Assembly (NCBI GenBank): GCA_963695225.1
Contig: OY968762.1
Coordinates: 2,848,001 to 2,912,000 of the forward strand
Origin: Vulcanimicrobiota bacterium
GTDB lineage: Bacteria > Vulcanimicrobiota > Vulcanimicrobiia > Vulcanimicrobiales > Vulcanimicrobiaceae
Direction: 5' to 3'
DNA: 64,000 nucleotides
A model generated the notes under the pieces. The model worked only from the letters and a program-made list of their open reading frames with translations, ran no database searches and was not told the origin of the DNA. A program made the position numbers and the translations under genes. Positions 1 through 9,133 of this stretch are shown here, piece by piece. Position 1 is the first letter of the stretch, and the number at the start of each line of letters is the position of its first letter.

Positions 1-405
1 CTCGATGATGCTCGTCGCGACGCGGTGCGGAAGGGGCGAACGTCCGTCGACCCAGGCGCGGGCCTGCTCCCGTTCCGCGCCGATGAACGTCTCGTAGTGG
101 ACGTGCGGAAGGATCGCGCTTTCGAGCTTGCTCGCCAGGCGTATCCATGCGGTGTCGCTGACGATCGCGATGCGCCCCAGGTGATCGAGCTTCGGCAAGA
201 ACGACGCGGCGCTCGCTAGATAACCCGGCAGCTCCTTGATATCGAAGCCGGTGAAGTTCTCGGCTTCGACGTACACGTGGACCTTTTCGTCCGTCGCGAA
301 GCGCTTCGCGAAGAACGCCTTGGCGTGCTCGACGGCGTCGTGATCGAGCTTCCCGTTGACGCGAACGGCGACCACGCCCGCGTCCGATTCCAAGATTTCG
401 AGCAT
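1..405 (-). CDS. SpoIIAA-like (STAS/SEC14 domain) protein, 3' part runs off the window
   Basis: Not in the ORF track. Manual translation from ATG at 405 gives MLEILESDAGVVAVRVNGKLDHDAVEHAKAFF...VHVYVEAENFTGFD...LGRIAIVSDTAWIR...AREQARAWV-type sequence, the typical SpoIIAA-like pattern. Frame is open to the window edge. Confidence 0.75.
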   Translation of the reverse strand, partial: MLEILESDAGVVAVRVNGKLDHDAVEHAKAFFAKRFATDEKVHVYVEAENFTGFDIKELPGYLASAASFLPKLDHLGRIAIVSDTAWIRLASKLESAILPHVHYETFIGAEREQARAWVDGRSPLPHRVATSIIE

Positions 406-459
406 GTCCAAAGCTTCGGGAGCGCGCGCCGGGTTCCGCCGGCTCGCTCGTCGACGAGC

Positions 460-1728
460 TCAGGGCGTCGCGAACGCATCCGCCATTTCGGCTTGTTCGC
501 TTCTCTTGATGCCTAGGGCGGTCGCAATCCCGCTCCATTCGCGAACCGCGTCTGCGAGCCGGTCGATAATCGACGTTGCCTGGGCGGCTTTGATTCGAAA
601 ATACGGCGCGACGGAGCGCGCGAGGTCGAGATCGAGCGCGTTGTCGCTCTCATCGATGTTCAGGCTTAGCCCGCTCGAGCCCGGAACCGGATTCATGTCG
701 TAGGCCGGGGACAACCGCCACCCCGCGTTCGGCGCGAGCAAGAAGCCGTGGTTGCGAAGATGGTCGTCGACGTTGGACACCATCACGTTGAAGACGATGC
801 GCGACCAGAGTTCGATGAGGTCTTCGCGCGGCGCAGCCCCTAGCGACATGATGACCTCGGCGATTTCGAGGTAGCTTGCGCCGGTGGATGCGCCGTCGCC
901 GTCGACGTGGCCGGTGAGCGTCATCGCGGAGGCAAAATGAATGCGCTCTCCTGATTCGCGCCGGTCGAAGCGCCGCACCATGAACGTATGCTCCGTGCTC
1001 GCGAAGCTTCGAGCATCGCTTCCCGGCACGCGCAGGCCGCAGCGCTCGGCGAGCTTCTGAACGACAAACTCCCACGCGCCGACATCGCGACGATCCTTCG
1101 TGCTGGGGAATTTCGCGATCCAGAGATGCCCCTCGGGGTCGGCGACGGTAGCCTTTGGCCGCGCGCCGCCGAGCGAGGCGCCGGGCGCGAGGAGCAGGCG
1201 CAGCCACTCCTCCTCGGCCGGATCGTCGCCGTCGGGGTCTTCTTCGATCCCGCGGCTCGCGGATTCGAGTTCGCGGAGCCGAACGAACGGCGGCGCGGCG
1301 GTCACGTGCCGGTCATCGAGGAACGGCCCGTTCGGCTCCCGTTTGTAGCGCAGCGCCCCGGAGCGAAACGCGTCGTGCACGCCGAGCAGATAGTCCGATT
1401 CGGCGAGGCGCGCGTTCGCGGGCACGAGCCCGGCGCGCTTCTCGCGATCGAACCGGCGACGAATGAGCGTTTCTCCCCAGCGATCCGGGCTCGAATCCTT
1501 GAAGGCGCCGAAGATCGCGCGGCCGGCTTTGGGGAATTGGCGGCCCGGAAAGACCCCCAAGTCCGGATCGAGCACCTGTTTCGCGAGCGCCTTTTCGGCG
1601 AGCGCCTCGCTATCGAACTCGAAGTCGAAGATCTCGCCCGTCCGCCCCGGGCGCGCGCGCAGCGTTCCGAGCTGTTTCGGAGGCTCGCCGGCGTTCCAAT
1701 CCCGGTAGACCGCGATCACGCGTTCCAT
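460..1728 (-). CDS. hipA: HipA-family serine/threonine kinase toxin
   Basis: Motifs SLGGARPKA, WIAKFP, DDHLRNHGF and LSPAYD; N-terminal HipA_N-like region with DSSPDRWG. Confidence 0.92.
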   Translation of the reverse strand: MERVIAVYRDWNAGEPPKQLGTLRARPGRTGEIFDFEFDSEALAEKALAKQVLDPDLGVFPGRQFPKAGRAIFGAFKDSSPDRWGETLIRRRFDREKRAGLVPANARLAESDYLLGVHDAFRSGALRYKREPNGPFLDDRHVTAAPPFVRLRELESASRGIEEDPDGDDPAEEEWLRLLLAPGASLGGARPKATVADPEGHLWIAKFPSTKDRRDVGAWEFVVQKLAERCGLRVPGSDARSFASTEHTFMVRRFDRRESGERIHFASAMTLTGHVDGDGASTGASYLEIAEVIMSLGAAPREDLIELWSRIVFNVMVSNVDDHLRNHGFLLAPNAGWRLSPAYDMNPVPGSSGLSLNIDESDNALDLDLARSVAPYFRIKAAQATSIIDRLADAVREWSGIATALGIKRSEQAEMADAFATP

Positions 1729-2042
1729 CGAGATTCGCCTTTCGCACGGCCGGCGCGCGGAAGGGCCGCGTCCTGGAGGTTCCGGCCGAGCGTATCGACC
1801 TCCGCGATCGCGTCGAGGTCGCCGTCGAGCCCCAGAACGTGCAGAACCGAAGCGTAGGCGCCGATCGTGACGCCCATGCCCCCGTTCTCGACGTTGCGCA
1901 GCGTCGTCACGGACATTCCCGCCCGTTCCGCGACGAGTTTAGCCGAGAGGCGGCGCCGCAGCCGGGCCGTGCGGATCCGTTCGCCAAGGCGTGCCAGCCG
2001 GCGTTCGAGCGGTGGAAGCAGCGGAGCGACGCGTTTGGACAT
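1716..2042 (-). CDS. XRE-family HTH transcriptional regulator (HipB-like antitoxin)
   Basis: LGERIRTARLRRRLSAKLVAERAGMSVTTLRNVENG HTH; overlaps the hipA start. Confidence 0.88.
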   Translation of the reverse strand: MSKRVAPLLPPLERRLARLGERIRTARLRRRLSAKLVAERAGMSVTTLRNVENGGMGVTIGAYASVLHVLGLDGDLDAIAEVDTLGRNLQDAALPRAGRAKGESRWNA

Positions 2043-2089
2043 GCTATTATTCTAGCATATAGTCTAGTAAAGTGATAGAATAATGGCAT
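2041..2089. promoter_or_regulatory. Inverted-repeat operator and extended -10 of the HTH-hipA operon
   Basis: ATGCTATTATTCTA (2041-2054) and TAGAATAATGGCAT (2076-2089) form a 14-bp inverted repeat with one mismatch. On the - strand TGcTAGAAT lies 7 nt before the ATG. Confidence 0.7.
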
Positions 2090-2142
2090 ATTAGATCAGC
2101 GAGCGCGAGCTGCGAGACGAGAACGGCGAGCAGGTCCTGGCT

Positions 2143-2304
2143 CCCGATCCCGATCCCGATCCCGATCCCGATCCCGATCCCGATCCCGATCCCGATCCCG
2201 ATCCCGATCCCGATCCCGATCCCGATCCCGATCCCGATCCCGATCCCGATCCCGATCCCCGATCCCCGATCCCCGATCCCCGATCCCCGATCCCCGATCC
2301 CGAT
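2143..2304. repeat. Compound microsatellite (CCCGAT)19 (CCCCGAT)6 (CCCGAT)1
   Basis: Counted directly from the sequence. Confidence 0.97.
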
Positions 2305-2332
2305 CCCGTTCACGAAGCGGTGAGCGACAGCG

Positions 2333-4006
2333 TTATGGAACTGCCGGCGTACTGTCCGCGACGCCGAGCTCTTCCAGCGCTTCGTGCACCGATTTGAACT
2401 CGCGGCCGGGGCCGATGGCGGCGAGCAGCCCCGTTCGCGATGCCGCAGCTCGCGCGCGCTCGTCGGCCAGCCGCGCGATCGCGACGGTGATGCCGCGCTC
2501 TTTCAGCTTCGCGATCTCCTTGCTGAGCGTTTGCGCGCCGGAATAATCGACGTCGATCACGCCGCTTCCCTCGATAACCAGCACGCGCACCGGCTCGGGC
2601 GCCGCGGCCAGGCACGCGCGCAGGCGGCCGACGATGTATCCCGCGTTCGTGAACGTGATCGGCGCCGCGGGCGCGAACACGACGACTCCGGGGATTCGCT
2701 TTGCGGGCTCGGCGTCGTCCGGCGGCCACCAGATCGTCGTGCCGGCGACATTAGCCAATTCGACGCTCGGCGGGCGAGCGATGATGTAGATGCCTCGAGC
2801 GAGCGAGAGCACGATCGCGAGCAGCATCCCGGTTTCGATCGGCAGCACGACGAGAAGAAGCGCCGCGGCCACGACGAGCCAGATCTCGTTGCCGCCGCGT
2901 TGCGCGATGCGCACCATCTCGCCGCCGTGGACGATGCGCAACGCGATGTAGATCAGCACGCCGCCCAGCGCTGCAAGCGGCAGATACGCCGCGAGCTGCG
3001 ACCCGAACGCGACGAGAAGAGCGACGGCTGCGACGGCGGCGATGCTCGCGAGTTGCGAGCGCCCTCCCGACGAGTAGACGACCTCCGTGCGCGGCGGGCT
3101 CGCATTCACGGCGAACGCGCCGAGCAGCGAGGCCGCCATCGAGCCCATGCCGACCGCCGCGAAGGCGCCGCTCGGATCCTCCGGCGATTCCGGGTCCGGA
3201 GGAAATGACCGCACGACCAAGGCGGTCTGCACCATGCACACGGTCGCGACGATGAGCGCCACCGGAATCAGCCTTAGCATGTCGCGCAGATCGACGAGCG
3301 GAAACGTCACGCTCGGCAGCGCCGCGGGCAGCGCGCCGAGGACCGCCACGCCGTGTTGGTCCAGATGGAGTGCCGCTACGGCAATGCCTGCGGCGACGAG
3401 CCCGATCAGCGCGCCCGGAATCTTCTTGTTGATTTTCTCGCTCACGAGCGTGAGCGCGAGGACGCCGCCGCCGATCAGCAGCGCCGCTGCGTTGGTCTGC
3501 GGTAGCTCGCGAACGAGCGCCACAAAGCGGAGCGGGAGCGAGCCCGAACTCTCCGGCACTCCGAGAACGAGCGGCAACTGGCCGATCACGATGTGCACGG
3601 CAATGCCGGCCAGGAGCCCGGTCGTGACCGGGATCGAAAGCAGATCCGCGACCCAGCCCGCGCGCAGCAAGCCGGCGAGCACCAGCACGAATCCGGCCAG
3701 CAAGGCCACGACGGCGACCAGCGCGGGATACGGCACCGAGGTCCCGAGGGCGATCGCCGCAACGGCGCCGGCGAAGATCGGCGCGATCGTCGAATCGGCG
3801 CCGACCGATAGATACCGGTTCGCGCCGAACACCGCGAACGCGAGCGAACCCGCGGCGAAAGCGTAGAGGCCCGTCTGCGCGGGCATGCCCGCGAGCCGCG
3901 CCGTGGCAATCTGCTCGGGGATCGCGATGGCGGCCAGCATAAGGCCCGCCAGCAAATCGTTCGGGACCCACGCGAGCCGAAACCCGCGCAGGGACGCCAA
4001 GATCAC
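2333..4006 (-). CDS. SulP/SLC26 family anion transporter with C-terminal STAS domain
   Basis: DLLAGLMLAAIAIPEQIATARLAG and GLY motifs, many TM segments, STAS (ITFTNA...DVDYSGA). Start placed at GTG 4006 (the ORF extends to 4087). Confidence 0.92.
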   Translation of the reverse strand: MILASLRGFRLAWVPNDLLAGLMLAAIAIPEQIATARLAGMPAQTGLYAFAAGSLAFAVFGANRYLSVGADSTIAPIFAGAVAAIALGTSVPYPALVAVVALLAGFVLVLAGLLRAGWVADLLSIPVTTGLLAGIAVHIVIGQLPLVLGVPESSGSLPLRFVALVRELPQTNAAALLIGGGVLALTLVSEKINKKIPGALIGLVAAGIAVAALHLDQHGVAVLGALPAALPSVTFPLVDLRDMLRLIPVALIVATVCMVQTALVVRSFPPDPESPEDPSGAFAAVGMGSMAASLLGAFAVNASPPRTEVVYSSGGRSQLASIAAVAAVALLVAFGSQLAAYLPLAALGGVLIYIALRIVHGGEMVRIAQRGGNEIWLVVAAALLLVVLPIETGMLLAIVLSLARGIYIIARPPSVELANVAGTTIWWPPDDAEPAKRIPGVVVFAPAAPITFTNAGYIVGRLRACLAAAPEPVRVLVIEGSGVIDVDYSGAQTLSKEIAKLKERGITVAIARLADERARAAASRTGLLAAIGPGREFKSVHEALEELGVADSTPAVP

Positions 4007-4286
4007 GCGGTCCGGTTCGTGCCGGTAGGGTGAGGTCCTTCCGTTGCGTCTAGCGCTGCGATCGAACGAAGCAATCGAAACACGCAATCGCGCTGCACGC
4101 CGCCGGCATTGAACCTGCGGTGAACCGCGCAGCGCTCTCGAGGTCGGCGCCGACGGTCGACGAGAACATCGGGGCCCCGGTTGCCTCGTCCGATGCGATG
4201 CGTATTTTGAACGCCCTTGGGGAAGTTGTTAGTTGATATACTAGCCGGCACGCCAGCGTTCGTGCGCCGTAAGGAAAGACGATCCG

Positions 4287-4742
4287 ATGCGTCCATCTCC
4301 CAGGAAAGTCGTCGCGATTGCGTGCGCGCTCGCGCTCGCGAGTGCCGTCCCGGCCGCGCTGGCCAAAGGAACGACGCGAATCCAGGAAAGCGACGGCGCG
4401 ATTCGAGACTATGCGGACGTTTCGATTCGCGTGATCGATCATCGGGCGGTGCACGTGACGTCGGCGGACGGCAGGGACACGCTCGAGGTCAGCAAGGGCG
4501 CCTGCACGTACGCCGGCGAGCTGGAACGCTGCCTGCCTTATCGGATCGTGCTCGACAAGTCCGGGACGCGCCACGAGATCTCGTTCCGGCGCGGCACCGA
4601 ATACGTGAATCGCAGCGACGAGCCGCACCAGCTGCCGCGCTCCTCCATGGAAGTGCCGCCGCACGGCATCCTGCTCTCGCTCTTGACGGCGCGCGGAACG
4701 TATATCACGGTGCGCGGCACCATCGATGGGATCGACCGATGA
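4287..4742 (+). CDS. Secreted hypothetical protein
   Basis: Signal-peptide-like N-terminus; ATGA overlap with the next gene; host-like codon usage. Confidence 0.7.
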   Translation: MRPSPRKVVAIACALALASAVPAALAKGTTRIQESDGAIRDYADVSIRVIDHRAVHVTSADGRDTLEVSKGACTYAGELERCLPYRIVLDKSGTRHEISFRRGTEYVNRSDEPHQLPRSSMEVPPHGILLSLLTARGTYITVRGTIDGIDR

Positions 4743-5476
4743 AAGCACTCGTTTTCCCGCTCGCGGTGAGCGTCGCGCTCCTCGCTCTGCCTGCCGCGGC
4801 GCAACATGCCGGCAGCGATTCGCGCCGCGGCGCGGCGCCGGCGTACCACGCGCCCGCCACGCAGCCGCGTCCGCCCGCCCCGCAGCCGCATCCGCCCGCT
4901 ACGGGCGGCTCGCATTCGCCCTCCGCAAGCGGCTTCAACCTGAACCGCGACATCGGCGGAACCCGCCCGGTGATCCAATCCTTGCCCGCCGGCCACGTGA
5001 ATCAGCCGGTCGTCAACCGACGGGTGACGCAACCCGTGGCGCAGCGCCCGGAGAACCCGCCCGCGCGCACCTATGCTCCGCCGCCGGGGCGCCGAACGGC
5101 CTTCCCGAACCCCAGATACCACGGCCAGCCCGCCTGGGGCTGGAATCACGGCGTGCAATGGACCCCGGCGCCGGTGTATTACGGCGGCGGCTTCTGGGGC
5201 CCGTTCGTCCTCGGCGCGGCGGCGGGCGCGATCTTCTTCGGCACGTTCGACGATCCGTACACGAACCAAGCCTACGAATCGTATCAAGCGGAGCCGGACA
5301 GCCCGGGTGCGATCTTGCTACAGAACTACGGCTTGACGCAGACGCCGTGCGGACCGCCCGATCTCGTAGTCATCTTCGGCCCGGACAACAGCCTGATCTG
5401 CGCCTACCCGAACGACCAGGTCGGCCCCGGCGAGTACGACATGGACCCCTCGACGCTCTCGCTCGTGAGTCGTTAG
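4739..5476 (+). CDS. Secreted Pro-rich hypothetical protein with WGWN..W/GGGFWG segment and Cys-containing C-terminal domain
   Basis: ATG at 4739 gives MKALVFPLAVSVALLALPAAAQ (signal peptide); translationally coupled to the upstream gene. Confidence 0.7.
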   Translation: MKALVFPLAVSVALLALPAAAQHAGSDSRRGAAPAYHAPATQPRPPAPQPHPPATGGSHSPSASGFNLNRDIGGTRPVIQSLPAGHVNQPVVNRRVTQPVAQRPENPPARTYAPPPGRRTAFPNPRYHGQPAWGWNHGVQWTPAPVYYGGGFWGPFVLGAAAGAIFFGTFDDPYTNQAYESYQAEPDSPGAILLQNYGLTQTPCGPPDLVVIFGPDNSLICAYPNDQVGPGEYDMDPSTLSLVSR

Positions 5477-5515
5477 GCCTGTCGCGCCGCGCGCACTACC
5501 GCCGGCGGCGCAGCG

Positions 5516-6460
5516 CTATTGCGCCCGAACCACCGCTTTTAACGGCGCTTCGTTGACGCTGAGTTGGAAGATGTCCGGCCGAGCGTAATGTCCGACGACG
5601 TCGAGATCGTATTTGCCGCGAGCAATTTCGCGCAGGTCGATCTCGGCAAGCGCGATGCGTTCGCCTTCGAATGACGGGCTGACCAAGATGCGGCCGAGCG
5701 GGTCGATCGCGCACGAGCCGCCGCGGATCAGCACCTGCTCTTCCGCGCCGTCGCGATGTGCGGCGTGTTCGCGCGGGAACGCGGCCGACGTCATGTATTG
5801 ACAGGCGGAGAGCACGAAGCAGCGCCCCTCGAGCGCGATCGTCTGCATCGTGGGGAGCCACGTGTCGCGATCGTCGACCGTCGGGGCGCAATAGAGCTGG
5901 ATCCCCTTCGCATACATCGCCGTGCGCAGGAGGGGCATATAGTTTTCCCAGCAGATCACGGCGCCGATGCGGCCGAGCGAAGTCTGCACGACCGGAAGCG
6001 TCGATCCGTCGCCGAAGCCCCAGACAAGACGCTCGAGCGCCGTCGGCATCAGCTTGCGATGCTTCCCCAAGAGCGCGCCCTCGGGGCCGTAGATCAGCAC
6101 CGTGCAATAGAGCGTCCCGCCCGCGCGTTCGATCACGCCGGTGACGAGGTGGACGCCGTTCGCCCGCGCGGCTTCGCCGATCGCCGCGGCCTCGGGGCCG
6201 CCCGTTTCGATCGCGCCTTCGAAATAGCGGCGGAACTCCTCGCGCCCTTCGGCCGATCGCGAGCCCAGGCGCGCGCCGAAATCGAGCCCCTTCGGATAGC
6301 CGCCGACGAACGCTTCCGGGAACACGACGAGCTCAGCGCCCTGCCGGGCGGCATCCGCCGTGAGATCCGCGAGCTTGCGGAGGCTCGCAGCGGTATCGTA
6401 AAGGATCGAGCCCGCCTGCACGACGGCGGCTTTGAAAACAGATCTTTCGCTGCTATCCAT
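5516..6460 (-). CDS. Nitrilase (carbon-nitrogen hydrolase family)
   Basis: Catalytic triad motifs FPEAF, HRKLMPT and ICWENY, plus C-terminal DVVGHYARPD. Start ATG at 6460. Confidence 0.93.
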   Translation of the reverse strand: MDSSERSVFKAAVVQAGSILYDTAASLRKLADLTADAARQGAELVVFPEAFVGGYPKGLDFGARLGSRSAEGREEFRRYFEGAIETGGPEAAAIGEAARANGVHLVTGVIERAGGTLYCTVLIYGPEGALLGKHRKLMPTALERLVWGFGDGSTLPVVQTSLGRIGAVICWENYMPLLRTAMYAKGIQLYCAPTVDDRDTWLPTMQTIALEGRCFVLSACQYMTSAAFPREHAAHRDGAEEQVLIRGGSCAIDPLGRILVSPSFEGERIALAEIDLREIARGKYDLDVVGHYARPDIFQLSVNEAPLKAVVRAQ

Positions 6461-6594
6461 TGGCTGCTCCCTCGCTTGTCCCCGAGCCGTCTCGCGTTTC
6501 CGGCGCCGGCCCACTAGCTGAATCATCGCGATACGAGATGAGATTCGCGAACGCGCGCGCTTTTCGGCGCATACAGCGCGAGAACGGAGCATCC

Positions 6595-6623
6595 TTGATA
6601 AACCCAACCAGATTGGGTATAAT
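6595..6623 (+). promoter_or_regulatory. Near-consensus sigma70 promoter with palindromic operator in the spacer
   Basis: TTGATA-N17-TATAAT. The spacer contains the palindrome ACCCAA-N5-TTGGGT; ATG follows 9 nt after the -10. Confidence 0.8.
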
Positions 6624-6632
6624 GACGGCGTC

Positions 6633-7049
6633 ATGCCCAAGGCCGTAATCCCGACCGATGCCGAACTCGAGGCTGCCGAAAAGCGCGGTAGGGAGAAGGC
6701 GAAGTTGCCGACGGCACTCGCGTCCGCAACGCTCGATGAGGAAGCGAAGGCGGTGCGCCTGCGTTTTCGTGCCGGCGTCGAACTGGCGATCCCGATCAAG
6801 GCGATTGACGAAATCGCGAACGTTCCGATCGCGCGGCTGCGAGACGTGAAGGCTTCGCCGATTGGCGACGGCCTGATTTTCGATTGCGCCGACGTTGCGA
6901 TCTCCGTTCCGGGCCTGTTGCGCGACATATTCGGCGATGCGTTTGCGGGAGCGCTCGGCAAGATCGGCGGGCGTGCGCGATCGAGCGCCAAGGCAGCCGC
7001 CGCCCGCAAGAACGGCCGCAAAGGCGGCCGGCCGAGGAAAGTCGCCTGA
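6633..7049 (+). CDS. DUF2442-like protein with basic C-terminal tail
   Basis: VRLRFRAGVELAIP...SPIGDGLIFDCADVAISVPGLL followed by GKIGGRARSSAKAAAARKNGRKGGRPRK, typical of DUF2442 proteins. Confidence 0.75.
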   Translation: MPKAVIPTDAELEAAEKRGREKAKLPTALASATLDEEAKAVRLRFRAGVELAIPIKAIDEIANVPIARLRDVKASPIGDGLIFDCADVAISVPGLLRDIFGDAFAGALGKIGGRARSSAKAAAARKNGRKGGRPRKVA

Positions 7050-7329
7050 ATTCGTATCCGAGAGCCGCGCCGTTAAGGTAAAGAAATCCAGGCGATCGTC
7101 GGCTCAGCCTGCCGAAAATGTGTGCCGATAATCACTTGCATGATGTCGTGCGCTTGATAGGTCGTTGGTACAGTACAAGCTAGCTACTACGAACCGCTCA
7201 ACCCAAGAGCGGTCCGCTAGCCGGCGGCGTCAGCCGTTTGTCGCCACTCCGCGCTAAGCTCCCGTCATCCAACTCAGCATGAGGCTCGGGCCGCCCCTCG
7301 CCGGCTCCGGGCCAGAAAAGGGACTTTCT

Positions 7330-8469
7330 TTGCGAATTCAATCCGGGCTTGCGCTTCTAGCGCTGGTCGCTCTTTCCGCGTGCGGCGGCGGCGGCGGCTC
7401 CACCGGCACCGCGACGCTGCCCTCCACGAATCCCGCGCCGAACGGCAGCGCGAGAGCCGTTGCCTCCATCACGTTCAACGTCGCCAAGGCCGATCCGGGC
7501 TCGAACATCGGGAGCTCGACGACGACCGCATCCTCTTCGCGTAAGCCGCAATATCTGTCGTCGGCGACCGACAAGTTCGCCTTCATGCTCGACGGCAAGG
7601 AGGTCGTCGCCGATCAGGAAGTCGTCAATTTCAATAACGCGGGGCCTGCCGGCAACGGCACGTTCACCGATTCCGCGACGGGATCGACCGTCACGCTTTC
7701 GTACGACGGTTCGAATCCGGCGTACTTCACCGTCGGCGCCACGATCGTGACGACGCCGGGGACGCACAAGTTCGGCGTGGTCATCAAGAGCGGCACGCCG
7801 GCGTACGTCCTCTCCGAAGGGCAGGGCACGTACACGCTGCAGCCGACGTTCACCGGGCAAGCTCCGCAGGCGCTCGGCACGCTCGCGCTCAACGGCGCGA
7901 TCGGCAGCGGGTACATCGAGTGCGATACCTGGGCGCAGAACGTCGCGACCCCCGCCGGCACGTGCAACAGCGGCGAAAACTACAGCAACGGCACGTACTA
8001 CTTCACCGCGGTCGCGGCCGATTACGACGGATTCCCCATCGTCGACCAGGGGATCCCGTTCGACAACGGCGGCTACTCGGTCGTCGAAACGGACGGCAAC
8101 GGCATCGTCACGCTCGGCTACAACGGGCCGTTCACGACGCCGGGCAGCAACCTGACCGGTCCCTCGAGCGGGTGGGTCGCGGGATCCACGTTCAAGTACG
8201 GCAATCGCTTCACGGCCACGTGCAACAAGGTGGGTACGGCAACCCTCGGCCTGCAGCTTACGAGCGGGCAGGGCGCCGCTCCGCTGACGCCCGTCGACGG
8301 GTACGACTACAACGGTGCGCTGCCGGTCGCAACCGGGTACGCTCCGCCGTCGCAAACCCCGGGCTCCATCCTGCCGCTCGGGAGCAAGACGTCCGTCAGC
8401 TCCGGGCGCTTGCCGCAGTACAACGTCACGGTCAACTGCAGCGCCACGGGAACGCTCACGCTGATCTAA
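7330..8469 (+). CDS. Secreted Gly/Thr-rich lipoprotein, function unknown
   Basis: Lipobox LSAC followed by GGGGG; probable TTG start at 7330 after an AAAGGGA RBS (ORF extends to 7279); beta-rich composition. Confidence 0.8.
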   Translation: MRIQSGLALLALVALSACGGGGGSTGTATLPSTNPAPNGSARAVASITFNVAKADPGSNIGSSTTTASSSRKPQYLSSATDKFAFMLDGKEVVADQEVVNFNNAGPAGNGTFTDSATGSTVTLSYDGSNPAYFTVGATIVTTPGTHKFGVVIKSGTPAYVLSEGQGTYTLQPTFTGQAPQALGTLALNGAIGSGYIECDTWAQNVATPAGTCNSGENYSNGTYYFTAVAADYDGFPIVDQGIPFDNGGYSVVETDGNGIVTLGYNGPFTTPGSNLTGPSSGWVAGSTFKYGNRFTATCNKVGTATLGLQLTSGQGAAPLTPVDGYDYNGALPVATGYAPPSQTPGSILPLGSKTSVSSGRLPQYNVTVNCSATGTLTLI

Positions 8470-8490
8470 CCGGCACCCCGGCAGAAGGAG

Positions 8491-8520
8491 AGGGACCGCG
8501 TTTCGGCGCGGTCCCTTTTC
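8491..8520 (+). terminator. Intrinsic terminator between convergent genes
   Basis: Stem AGGGACCGCG / CGCGGTCCCT with loop TTTCGG, followed by TTTC. Confidence 0.85.
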
Positions 8521-8539
8521 GTTGGAGCCGGGCGTTGCC

Positions 8540-9034
8540 TCAGACGACGACTTCCCGCAGGTGGCCGGTCTCCACTTCGTAGACGAAGCCGCGCACGCGG
8601 TCGCGGTGCGGGAGATACGGATGCTCGCGGACGCGCGCGATCGCGGTGCGCACGGCTTCGTCGATATCGTGGAAGGCGCCGAATGCGTACGGCGGCGGGT
8701 GGCCGGCGTCGGCCGCGATCTCGGCGCGGAGCGCTTCCTCGTCCGCATCGTGCAGCCCGCAATCCGTGTGGTGCATCAAAACGATCTCGCGCGTTTGGAG
8801 GACGCGCTGCGAGAGGACGAGCGAACGCAGCACGTCTTCAGTGACGAGCCCGCCCGCGTTGCGCAGAATGTGCGCTTCGCCCGAATCGAGCCCGAAGATG
8901 CGGAAGTTGTCGATGCGGGAATCCATGCAGGTCACGATCGCCACGTGCCGGGCCGGAATGATGGCATGCGGCCCCTCGAAATCGGCCTCGTGGATGACGG
9001 CGTTGGAAAGAAGTACTTCGATCGCAGTGCTCAC
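8540..9034 (-). CDS. Beta-class carbonic anhydrase
   Basis: Zn ligand motifs CMDSR and HHTDCG, plus RNAGG. Confidence 0.93.
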   Translation of the reverse strand: MSTAIEVLLSNAVIHEADFEGPHAIIPARHVAIVTCMDSRIDNFRIFGLDSGEAHILRNAGGLVTEDVLRSLVLSQRVLQTREIVLMHHTDCGLHDADEEALRAEIAADAGHPPPYAFGAFHDIDEAVRTAIARVREHPYLPHRDRVRGFVYEVETGHLREVVV

Positions 9035-9133
9035 GGGGGGCTACCGTTGGCGGCGCCGCCCGCCCGGACCTTGATCCATGGCACGTGACAGCTCGTGGCG
9101 CACGTCTCGCGCTCTTTTGGTCTGATCCCGGTA

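Noticed and set aside
2143..2304. Possible CRISPR array
   Set aside because: Units are 6-7 bp with no spacers, and no cas genes are present.
2047..2313. ORF encoding (GI)n repeats
   Set aside because: It is just the translation of the microsatellite and overlaps the hipBA promoter; no coding evidence.
7160..7280. Known riboswitch (for example c-di-GMP) upstream of the lipoprotein
   Set aside because: No recognisable consensus motifs; only a simple hairpin can be supported.
2333..9034. SulP plus carbonic anhydrase as a CO2-concentrating module
   Set aside because: The genes are about 4.5 kb apart with unrelated genes in between; no operon evidence.
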